From positions 1 to 64,000 of the forward strand of contig JAHLWS010000038.1 of NCBI GenBank assembly GCA_019057795.1: 64,000 nucleotides of DNA, read 5' to 3'. Made by a program: the position numbers and the translations under genes. The stretch comes from Promethearchaeota archaeon (GTDB lineage Archaea; Asgardarchaeota; Lokiarchaeia; Sigyniarchaeales; SOKP01). Shown here in pieces: positions 38,794-47,833 of this stretch. Under the pieces are notes generated by a model. That model had not been told where the DNA came from and did not search any database. It saw nothing but the letters and a program-made list of their open reading frames with translations. Each line of letters begins with the position of its first letter. Position 1 is the stretch's first letter.

Positions 38794-39612
38794 ATGTCTG
38801 GGAACATATTTATAGCTATATTCATAGTTTGTGTCATCACATTTGGCATTGCTATGGTAGTGGTTTATATAACTAAGTACAAAAGACTTCCCATCGATGT
38901 TTGGAAACCAGGTGCAGCTTGGATTCGAGCATTAATCTATTTTTCTTTTTGCAATATTGTTACGGCTGTTTCTGGCACGCTCGAACAGATACTAAACCAG
39001 CCCATATTCACTACGGCGCAAATTTCAAACCCCTTTTGGATAGCCTACTTTTCTTTCTGTGTTATCTATGTTTTCATTGCATATTGGATTCTATGGTCTC
39101 GCATGACGCTCACTTTCAACCGTAAATACCATCTCGGTTCTGAGATCGTGTTTGGTGTTATTTGGGGTTTCAGCACTGGAGGTCTTCTTCTTTCGTTTTA
39201 TCACCTTTGGAGCCTAACCGGCGTACCAGGTTGGGCTAATTACTTACTTGGTTTCGCATCCATGGGTTTATGGCAATATTTCATTCAAAATTACTTTTGG
39301 GACATCTATGTTAGCCCCGAGCACGACACTCCAAGGTCGATTATCGTCAAAACTGCCGTTTGTCACATACCCAATGTGGCTATTTGTTTGGGTTTTCTCA
39401 CTATTTGGAACAACTATGCCATATACATAGCGATTCAAACGTTTGCTTTGCTCGCATCGACCATTTTTCAAAAGTTCCCCGCTCCTTGGGCTAAAAGTCA
39501 CTTCCACGCTCCTATGGTCAAACCTGGAATTGGTGGTTATCCACGCGGTACAGGATATATAGGCGAAATCGACAAAACCACTGGTAAACTGGTTGAATCC
39601 AATCCCACTTAG
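38794..39612 (+). CDS. hypothetical multi-pass membrane protein
   Basis: About seven hydrophobic segments; visibly GC-richer than its neighbours. Confidence 0.75.
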   Translation: MSGNIFIAIFIVCVITFGIAMVVVYITKYKRLPIDVWKPGAAWIRALIYFSFCNIVTAVSGTLEQILNQPIFTTAQISNPFWIAYFSFCVIYVFIAYWILWSRMTLTFNRKYHLGSEIVFGVIWGFSTGGLLLSFYHLWSLTGVPGWANYLLGFASMGLWQYFIQNYFWDIYVSPEHDTPRSIIVKTAVCHIPNVAICLGFLTIWNNYAIYIAIQTFALLASTIFQKFPAPWAKSHFHAPMVKPGIGGYPRGTGYIGEIDKTTGKLVESNPT

Positions 39613-39752
39613 GTTTTCACTTCTCACATCATGGCGTTTATTCTAAACACAGTGACTAATCCTATTATGATAAAATGTCTTTTGTTTAAAGCTAAATTTT
39701 TAGCTTTTTAAGTATGAACTTGACCGGCTCTGTTGCTTTCTTTCATTACTTT

Positions 39753-40637
39753 CTAATTGCCATTCTTGTTGCTATTCGCAACTAATGCGTTTACAATATG
39801 AGGTATGGCTTCACGAGGGAAACTATGCCCCATTCCATCCAAAATCAATAATTCTGCTCCGGGTATTGCTGCTGCGATGTCTTTACCCGCTTCAACATGG
39901 TTAAGTGGATCTTCCCTCCCATGAATAACAAGAGTAGGCGCTCGTATTGCAGCAAGTTTGGGTTTTAGATTACCGGGAACAGCCATTGCCGCTAATTGGC
40001 GAGTTATCCCTTCGGGATAATAACTGCGATCGTACTCTTTAGCTCTATACTCTCTTGATTGATCCTCATCATAGGCAAAAGTGCCGTGAATGAGACGACC
40101 GCGTTTGACCATTTCTTCAATAAAATCCTCGCGTTCGGAAGGAACGGGTGCAAAGAATTGCGCTAAGATTTCTGGCTTCGGTTGCGGTAGGTCGGGGTTT
40201 CCAGTCGTGCTCATGATTAATGTGAGAGATAGCACCCGAGATGGATGTCTATATGCTATAACTTGTGCGATCATTCCACCCATGGAAGCACCGCAGACAT
40301 GTGCTTTATCTATATTCAGAGCATCCAAGACACCAACGGCATCATCAGCCATGTCCTCTAAAGTGTATGATACTTCGGGTATATCTCCACGAGAATAGGC
40401 CGCATTAATCTCCAAAAAGTCCGGCAAACCGGCATCTTCAAATTTTGTTGACAAACCTATATCTCGGTTGTCGAATCTGATGACAAAAAAGCCACGATTT
40501 GCAAGAATTTCGCACATCTCATCCGACCAAGCAAGCATCTGGCTTCCCAATCCCGCTATCAATAACAACGGTTTTGAAATCGGGGCTCCGATAGTTTCAT
40601 ATTCAATCTCTATATTATTTACATTCGCTTTTGGCAT
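39753..40637 (-). CDS. alpha/beta hydrolase
   Basis: RFDNRD.G.S, GASMGG nucleophile elbow, HGREDP, GMGH. Confidence 0.93.
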   Translation of the reverse strand: MPKANVNNIEIEYETIGAPISKPLLLIAGLGSQMLAWSDEMCEILANRGFFVIRFDNRDIGLSTKFEDAGLPDFLEINAAYSRGDIPEVSYTLEDMADDAVGVLDALNIDKAHVCGASMGGMIAQVIAYRHPSRVLSLTLIMSTTGNPDLPQPKPEILAQFFAPVPSEREDFIEEMVKRGRLIHGTFAYDEDQSREYRAKEYDRSYYPEGITRQLAAMAVPGNLKPKLAAIRAPTLVIHGREDPLNHVEAGKDIAAAIPGAELLILDGMGHSFPREAIPHIVNALVANSNKNGN

Positions 40638-40791
40638 TGTAGATCTTCCTTAGTTTTATTATTAATCAAATTAAATATGAAATGTGATTAATAATTAAAA
40701 AATATAAACTTTATGTAAAACCAAAAATAAGCTAGAATATAGTTCAATTATCATAAAATAATGAAATATGAGTAAATTTTAATGGATTACT

Positions 40792-41895
40792 ATGTCTGAA
40801 AATATTATATATCTCGACGCAAAAACACTTGAAAGTTTTATGAGAGATGTTTTTATTGGGCTTGGGGTTCCTAAAGACGATGCCCACATTATAGCTGAAG
40901 TATTAATTGCTTCTGATATGAAAGGAATTGATACGCATGGAATACAACGTTGTAAAATGTATTTCGATCGTATCAAAGCTGGAATGTACGAAGTAATTAC
41001 AAAGATTGACATCGTTAAGGATGGTCCAACTACAGCTCTTTGGGACGGAAATTGCGGAATGGGGCACGTTATTGCTTATAAGGCGATGAAAACTGCGATT
41101 GAAAAAGCTAAAAAGTATGGACTTGGTTCTGTTGCTGTTCGAAATTCAACCCACTTTGGAATTGCGGGTTACTATTCTCTCATGGCTACAAAGGAAGGGA
41201 TGATTGGCTTCGCAGTTACTAACGCTCGCCCCTCCATGCCCCCTACTTTTGGAGTTGAACCAATGTTAGGAACAAATCCATTAACTGTAGGCGCTCCAAC
41301 AGACGAAGAATTCCCCTTTTTAATTGACTGTGCCACTACAATCATTCAAAGAGGTAAAGTAGAATTATACAATAGAATAAATAAACCTTTACCGGATGGG
41401 GTGGTAATAACAGACGATGGTAAAACAGAAACTGATCCTGCTAAAATATTAGAGGGTATGAGTAAAGGGAAAGCTGCGTTATTACCCTTAGGTGGCAAAG
41501 GAGAAAGTACTTCAGGTTATAAAGGCTATGGTTACGCAACCTTAGTTGAATTATTATCTGCAGCTTTACAAAATGGAATATATCTTAAAGATACGATAGG
41601 TATCGTTGAAAACGGGCAAAAGCGTTTAAAGGTGGGACATTTCTTTTTAGCAATTAATATTGAAAGCTTCCTATCAATTGGTTCTTTTAAAAAAACAGCC
41701 GGAAATATCATGAAGGGATTGAGAGAGTCAAAAAAGGCTCCAGGCGAGGAAAAGATTTACACTGCGGGAGAGAAGGAATTCATTGCCGAACAAGAAAGAT
41801 TAAAAACGGGCATTCCGATTAACAAAAGTTTACAAGAAGATATCAAAATTATGCGAAAGGAACTTCATCTCGATAAATACGAATTTAATTTTTAA
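40792..41895 (+). CDS. Ldh_2 family (malate/L-lactate/sulfolactate dehydrogenase-like), copy 1
   Basis: GIDTHG, NSTHFG, GTNP, GYKGYG. Confidence 0.92.
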   Translation: MSENIIYLDAKTLESFMRDVFIGLGVPKDDAHIIAEVLIASDMKGIDTHGIQRCKMYFDRIKAGMYEVITKIDIVKDGPTTALWDGNCGMGHVIAYKAMKTAIEKAKKYGLGSVAVRNSTHFGIAGYYSLMATKEGMIGFAVTNARPSMPPTFGVEPMLGTNPLTVGAPTDEEFPFLIDCATTIIQRGKVELYNRINKPLPDGVVITDDGKTETDPAKILEGMSKGKAALLPLGGKGESTSGYKGYGYATLVELLSAALQNGIYLKDTIGIVENGQKRLKVGHFFLAINIESFLSIGSFKKTAGNIMKGLRESKKAPGEEKIYTAGEKEFIAEQERLKTGIPINKSLQEDIKIMRKELHLDKYEFNF

Positions 41896-42060
41896 AAAAG
41901 TATCCTTTATTTTTCAATAAATTTCTAATTCTTTTTCTATAAAATTATCAAAAAAATCGCTAAAAATTATTAAAATTAGAGTTACACTAACTTTCAACTT
42001 ATATTCAATATGATTTTAATTAAATAGAAGGAATTCTAGTAAAATTCTATTGCATTCAAG

Positions 42061-43203
42061 ATGGTCTATATGACAAGTACAAAAAATGACATAGTACCCT
42101 TATCTAGTGATATTATTTACATAGATTTTAAGACTCTCAAGAATTTTATTAGAGATGTGTTCGTTGGTCTTAAGGTAAATAAAGTGGATTCTGAAATAAT
42201 TGCAGATGTATTAATGACATCCGATCTAAGAGGAATAGATTCGCATGGTATTCAGAGATGTAAGATGTATTACGATAGGATTAAAAAAGGAATTTATAAC
42301 ACAAAAACAAAGATAAAGATCGTTAAAAAAGGTCCTACAACTGCGGTTATTGATGGTGGATGTGGGTTAGGACCGGTTATAGGTTATAATGCTATGAAAT
42401 TAGCGATTCAAAAAGCCAAAAAGTATGGACTCGGAGCTGTTGCAGTTAGGAATTCTACGCATTTTGGGATTGCGGGATATTACTCTCTCATGGCTATAAA
42501 AGAAGGAATGATAGGGATTACAACCACTAACGCTAGACCCGCTGTTCCTCCAACATTTGGTGTAGAACCAATGTTAGGTACAAATCCCTTGACTGCGGGG
42601 GCACCAACAGACGAAAATTTTCCTTTTATGATTGATTGTGCGACCTCAATTATTCAAAGGGGTAAGATAGAAGTTTATAATAGAGAGCAAAAACCGCTTC
42701 CTGAAGGAGTAATCATAACCAGAAATGGAAGAACCCAAAACGATCCTCAAGAAACATTAAAAAATTTAGAAGATAGTACTGCAGCTCTTTTACCGCTAGG
42801 CGGTGAAGGTGAAAATACATCAGGTTATAAGGGTTTTGGATATGCTACACTTGTAGAAATTTTATCATCAGCATTACAAAACGGAGTATTCCTTAAAGAT
42901 ACAGCAGGAGTTATCGAAGAAGACCAAAAACGCTTAAAAGTTGGACACTTCTTTTTAGCAATAAATGTAAACCACTTTACACCCTTAAAAATGTTTAAAC
43001 GAACTACTGGGACAATTATGAGAACTCTTAGAAACTCTAAGAAAGCACCTGGTAAAAATCGAATATATACTGCTGGAGAAAAAGAATATTATTCTGAAAA
43101 AGTTAGAAAAAAACAAGGCATTCCAATTAATAAAAGTTTACAAGAAGATATTAAAACAATGCAAGAAGAACTGGGTTTATTTAGCTATAATTTTCCATTT
43201 TAA
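42061..43203 (+). CDS. Ldh_2 family oxidoreductase, copy 2
   Basis: Tandem paralogue with the same motifs. Confidence 0.92.
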   Translation: MVYMTSTKNDIVPLSSDIIYIDFKTLKNFIRDVFVGLKVNKVDSEIIADVLMTSDLRGIDSHGIQRCKMYYDRIKKGIYNTKTKIKIVKKGPTTAVIDGGCGLGPVIGYNAMKLAIQKAKKYGLGAVAVRNSTHFGIAGYYSLMAIKEGMIGITTTNARPAVPPTFGVEPMLGTNPLTAGAPTDENFPFMIDCATSIIQRGKIEVYNREQKPLPEGVIITRNGRTQNDPQETLKNLEDSTAALLPLGGEGENTSGYKGFGYATLVEILSSALQNGVFLKDTAGVIEEDQKRLKVGHFFLAINVNHFTPLKMFKRTTGTIMRTLRNSKKAPGKNRIYTAGEKEYYSEKVRKKQGIPINKSLQEDIKTMQEELGLFSYNFPF

Positions 43204-43204
43204 A

Positions 43205-44647
43205 TTAAAAAAAAATTCCATCTGTTCGACCTTCTAAAGGTTCAGAATGGATAATAATTTCTGTTAGGTTTTCAATTTTCAGAGTTTCTTCTATTTGTTG
43301 CTCTAAATTTGAAACTATATTATGAACTTTCGAAATGTTTAAGGATCCATCAAAAAAAACATGGAGTTCGAGTGTACAAAAATCAAGTGCTGCCCAAAAT
43401 TCTAAACCATGATATCCTTTAACTTCTGGATTGCTTTTTAATAAGCTTTCTAAAGTAATCTGGATTTCTCTTTTCTTTTGAGGTTCAATAGTAGTACAGA
43501 CTAAATGTTCAGCTATTAATTTTCGTATCGTAGCTTCTGATTCTATATGAGTAATTATTCGTGATATAAACGGAACTTGTTCCTTTAGTTGATTTTCAAA
43601 CATAATACTTAATTCGTGAGCTTCTTCTAGTAATAAATTCTCGTCAACTACTATTGCTACAGATAAAAAGTATTTATTTTCTATTCTGAAAACGTTTAAA
43701 TTCCTGAAATCTGAAATCTCATTAAATTCACTTTTCATTGAATGAAGTAAGTTAATTATCTCTTCACCCATTGAAGATTCACCACTTAAAGGATTCATCT
43801 CAACTATACATTCTACATTATAAGACGAAAAATATTTTTTACTCAATGTATGAATTGCTTTTGTAATTACATTTGCATGAATAACAGATATATGATCTTC
43901 AACAGATAAGCGAACATCTAAAAATAATGTGTTTCCACCAATTCTGACTTTTAATTCTTCAACATCATTAACATGATCAAGGTTAAAAACTTTTTCTTTG
44001 ATTTCTTCTAAAATAAGATAACTTATGGGATTTTCATCAATTAAATCTTTAATACCTTCTTTTGAAAGCTTAAGTGCGGTGAATATTATCCATAAAGAGA
44101 GACCAATACTAAAAAACGGGTCTAAAAATTGGATACTGAAAAAGAGAGCTAAAATGAAATTAATCATAACTATAATCGCTCTAAGAGAATCTTGGAATAG
44201 ATTTAAACCCATAATTTTAAGCGATAAGCTACTCCATTTCTTTCCTTGCCATATTAAAATCATAGAAAAAGTTAAATTAATAATGAATGAAATAATTAAC
44301 AGTAGAAACCCTAAATCAGGGTTCATAATACCATACGCGTTGGTTAATATTGTTTGAACAGCTAAATAAATAAGAATACAATAAAGATTTATCAATATAA
44401 TTCCTTGAATTAATCCACCTATTGAATCAATCTTAGAATGCCCGTACATATGTTGGAAATCTGGGGGTTTTTGACTTACATACAGAGAATAAATTGTTAG
44501 AAAAATAAAAAAAATATCAGTAAGCGTATCAACAGTTTCAGATAAAAAACTAAGACTTCCCGTTAGGATTACCCCTAGTAGTTTTAAACCTGACTGAATT
44601 AGGATTATGAAAAAAGTAATAATTCCCAATTTAATTTTTATGTCCAT
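43205..44647 (-). CDS. cation diffusion facilitator with three C-terminal dimerisation (ZT_dimer-like) domains
   Basis: PPDFQHMYGH; three repeats ending IVEMNP, IITHIES and IIIHSEP. Confidence 0.85.
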   Translation of the reverse strand: MDIKIKLGIITFFIILIQSGLKLLGVILTGSLSFLSETVDTLTDIFFIFLTIYSLYVSQKPPDFQHMYGHSKIDSIGGLIQGIILINLYCILIYLAVQTILTNAYGIMNPDLGFLLLIISFIINLTFSMILIWQGKKWSSLSLKIMGLNLFQDSLRAIIVMINFILALFFSIQFLDPFFSIGLSLWIIFTALKLSKEGIKDLIDENPISYLILEEIKEKVFNLDHVNDVEELKVRIGGNTLFLDVRLSVEDHISVIHANVITKAIHTLSKKYFSSYNVECIVEMNPLSGESSMGEEIINLLHSMKSEFNEISDFRNLNVFRIENKYFLSVAIVVDENLLLEEAHELSIMFENQLKEQVPFISRIITHIESEATIRKLIAEHLVCTTIEPQKKREIQITLESLLKSNPEVKGYHGLEFWAALDFCTLELHVFFDGSLNISKVHNIVSNLEQQIEETLKIENLTEIIIHSEPLEGRTDGIFF

Positions 44648-44763
44648 TACTTTCCTTTTATTTCTTTAGAAGTTGATTAAAAGACTTAAAGAAATACTGA
44701 GAAATAAATATTTGGTAATTAAATAAAATAAAATGAAATAAAATAGAAATATTTAAAATTTTT

Positions 44764-45993
44764 TTAGAGGTGTCTTGGAATTTTTATTTCAAGATCTGTA
44801 ATTGGGTAGGATGCGCATGGATGGAAATAATCAAATTTCTTATCCCCAGCTTTTCTCCAATCAGAAACGGGATTTATATATACATCACCAGAAATAAGAA
44901 GTGAACGACAGAACCCACATTCGCCAGAGCGGCATTTTGATGGTGGATTTAAGTTTGCCCGTTCTAGAGCAACAAGGACTGATTCTGTTGCCTTTGCTGG
45001 TATGTCTTTAATCAAACTTCCAATGTGAGTCTTAATTTTAAATACTTTATCAACTACATCTTGAGGGAAGTCTGGATTACTTAGAATATCTTTAATTTCA
45101 CCAAATGCTTCTCTACGGACGCGTTTATGATGTAAATTGAATTTTTCTAATTCTTTTTCAACAAAATTATACATAACTTGTGGTCCACAGATAAAAAATG
45201 AACTATTGTTTATGTCGCAATACTTTTCTATAATATCAGAAGTTAAAAAACCCAATTCAGATCCTTCAAGGGTGACTTCTTTACAACTTAAAACATGTAC
45301 AACTTTAATTTTTTCTGGGTACTTCTTTTCAATCTCTTTAAATTCGTCGTAATAAATAATGTCGTCTTCTTCGCTACTTCCATACAGCAAAGTTAATTTT
45401 GCATCTAATTTGTCTTCAACAATTTCTTTAGCGATGGATCGGAAAGGTGTAATTCCTGACCCTCCTGCGAGACCGACTATCTGTTTTAAATCCCTAAGAG
45501 GTTCGTAAAAAAAGAATCCTTCTGGTCCAGAACTTTCAATTTTAGTTCCTACTTTCCAACTATCCCATATGTATCCAGTTAAAAATCCGGGTTCTTCTTT
45601 TCTAATCGTAATTTCATAGAAACCTTTTAAAGCATCCGAAGGAGAAGAAGCTATTGAATAAGGTCTTGTGATAGCAACTCCATTCACTTGAACCTTCAAA
45701 CTTAAATATTGACCGGCTCTAAAATAGGCCAATTCTTTTGTGTTTGAATCAGGATCGGGTGTGAGCTTAAATGTTTTAGTGGATTTTGTTTCGTCTTTGA
45801 TTTCACTAATAACTAAGTATTGTCTTATGGGATGAAGTCGCACAGCGAGTTCATTCATTGGATCCTTTGTTATCGGCTCACTAGATGCCTTTTCGAACCT
45901 CTTTTTTCGGTTTGGGACTAATTTTGTAAACGCAAATAAATCTCTTGTGTTGCTTTTGATAATTATATCAAATTTCTTTTTTTCTCCGCTCAT
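44764..45993 (-). CDS. FNR-type FAD/NAD oxidoreductase with C-terminal 2Fe-2S
   Basis: RPYSI, AGGSGITP, ICGP, CRSGECGFC. Confidence 0.92.
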   Translation of the reverse strand: MSGEKKKFDIIIKSNTRDLFAFTKLVPNRKKRFEKASSEPITKDPMNELAVRLHPIRQYLVISEIKDETKSTKTFKLTPDPDSNTKELAYFRAGQYLSLKVQVNGVAITRPYSIASSPSDALKGFYEITIRKEEPGFLTGYIWDSWKVGTKIESSGPEGFFFYEPLRDLKQIVGLAGGSGITPFRSIAKEIVEDKLDAKLTLLYGSSEEDDIIYYDEFKEIEKKYPEKIKVVHVLSCKEVTLEGSELGFLTSDIIEKYCDINNSSFFICGPQVMYNFVEKELEKFNLHHKRVRREAFGEIKDILSNPDFPQDVVDKVFKIKTHIGSLIKDIPAKATESVLVALERANLNPPSKCRSGECGFCRSLLISGDVYINPVSDWRKAGDKKFDYFHPCASYPITDLEIKIPRHL

Positions 45994-47558
45994 TTTAGCT
46001 CACCTTTTTTATGTAAATCTTGTAAAGTTAGTAAAGCAGCAGTTTCTCCGTCCTTTAAAGCACTACTATATCCGTGACATCTTTTGCCAAAACCACCACA
46101 AAATTCAAGACCCTCAATATGCTTTTCGTCATTCATTGTCATCAAGCGTGGGACAAATGAATCCCAAGAATCTGGTTCGTATCCATATACTACTCCATTA
46201 TAACTTCTGGTAAATCTTGATATGGTTTGAGGCGTAGCAACTTCAATTTCTTCAATATGTTCCTTTATTGGAGCACCAGTAGTTTTTTCCAAAGTGTTAA
46301 TAAGGTCTCCCGCGATTTTATTTTTTAATGTAAAGTAATCTTCGGGTTTAACATCGTCCCATACTCCCGGTAGAAAAGCAGTTGTAATCGAAATAATACA
46401 TGTACCTGGAGGTGAGCAATCTGGGATTGCATTATTTAAACAAATTGTTGCTTGAACCCCAGGCGTTTCAAGGTTGTTCAAAGATTCGTAAAGTACATCA
46501 GTATTCTTATTGTTATAAATAAAATAACTATAATCTTTGAGTCCTAATTCATCGGCCGTTGCATCTAAACCCAAATAAACAACAAATGTAGAAACTCCAT
46601 GCCTTCTCGCATTTATTTCCTTATAAGCAATTTCTGGAACTTCTGATTTGGGATGTATTAATTTGTTATAAGTAAGCGTGGGCGAAGCGTTGCAAACAAC
46701 ATGATTCGTTTTAATCTTATCTCCTTTAGAAGTTTCAACTCCGACAACTTTACCGTTTTCAACCAATATTTTTTCCACTGTCGTGTTATATTCGATTTTA
46801 CCCCCTAATTCTCTAATACTTGTATCTAGAGCAGTAGTGTAGTCGTGAGATCGATATTTTGGAATATAAGCACCTTTTAAAATATAACCATAAACCATAG
46901 AAGCAAAGATCGTAAAATTTACTCTACTTGTTGGAAGGCCTAAATAAACCCAATACGCGTTAAGAATGCTCCTTGCTTTTTCTGGCATATTAAGGGCATT
47001 TTGAATATCCTCCACAGAATAAGCTGTAGTTTTAAGAAAATTTGAATGCTCCTTTAGTAAAACATTTTGATCTGGGTTTCCTTTTGATTGCCCTATATAG
47101 GCAGTTGCCCTATTAATGTCTTCTGCTAAGCCAAAAAACTTACTTACCGATTCTCTACTTCCCGGGACCTCTTTTTCAATAGTATCAAGATAAGAATCAA
47201 TTCCAAACGGCATTACTACATCAACACCTTCATCTGGGTCCGTTAAAATTAACCTATACGCCTCAGGAACTTCTACGAACTCTGAATCTAGGTTATATTT
47301 TTCTAATAATCTTCTAGTACCGCCCTTATCTGATGAAGGCCCATAATCATAAAGTTCGTGAAGTGAAGTCTCAAACTCAAACCTTCCCCTTACAAAGCTG
47401 GAAGCAAATCCTCCAGGTAAGTTATGTTGTTCTAAAAGCAGTATTTTAACGCCTCTCATTGCTAATTCTGCGGCGGCTATTAGACCGCCATTACCGGCGC
47501 CAATTATTATAGCATCATAAGTTTCGCTAATTGCTTGTTCAATACTCTCATTACTCAT
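45990..47558 (-). CDS. phytoene dehydrogenase / retinol saturase-like FAD oxidoreductase
   Basis: IIGAGNGG, EQHNLPGG, ATPQT..GVVYG. Confidence 0.88.
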   Translation of the reverse strand: MSNESIEQAISETYDAIIIGAGNGGLIAAAELAMRGVKILLLEQHNLPGGFASSFVRGRFEFETSLHELYDYGPSSDKGGTRRLLEKYNLDSEFVEVPEAYRLILTDPDEGVDVVMPFGIDSYLDTIEKEVPGSRESVSKFFGLAEDINRATAYIGQSKGNPDQNVLLKEHSNFLKTTAYSVEDIQNALNMPEKARSILNAYWVYLGLPTSRVNFTIFASMVYGYILKGAYIPKYRSHDYTTALDTSIRELGGKIEYNTTVEKILVENGKVVGVETSKGDKIKTNHVVCNASPTLTYNKLIHPKSEVPEIAYKEINARRHGVSTFVVYLGLDATADELGLKDYSYFIYNNKNTDVLYESLNNLETPGVQATICLNNAIPDCSPPGTCIISITTAFLPGVWDDVKPEDYFTLKNKIAGDLINTLEKTTGAPIKEHIEEIEVATPQTISRFTRSYNGVVYGYEPDSWDSFVPRLMTMNDEKHIEGLEFCGGFGKRCHGYSSALKDGETAALLTLQDLHKKGELK

Positions 47559-47833
47559 TTTAAATTCTCCTCATTTTTCAAAAAAAAAACAATATTAGTT
47601 CAATAAATTTTTGCATCTATTAATATATTATTCTGTTATTATTTAGTCAATATTTAAAATATATTGATTTAATTGTGGAAAGATCAAACTTTAAAAAAAA
47701 AGTATGTTTAATTATTTGACAAAGAGATATAATTTTTAATAAAAAAAAATAACAATTAAAATATTAAAAGAAAAGAATTATATTAGTACCAATTTAAAAT
47801 AAGAAATTTTTCGAATTTAAAGAGATAATTAAT

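Noticed and set aside
40792-43203. tandem Ldh_2 duplicates
   Set aside because: Ordinary paralogue pair with both sets of motifs intact.
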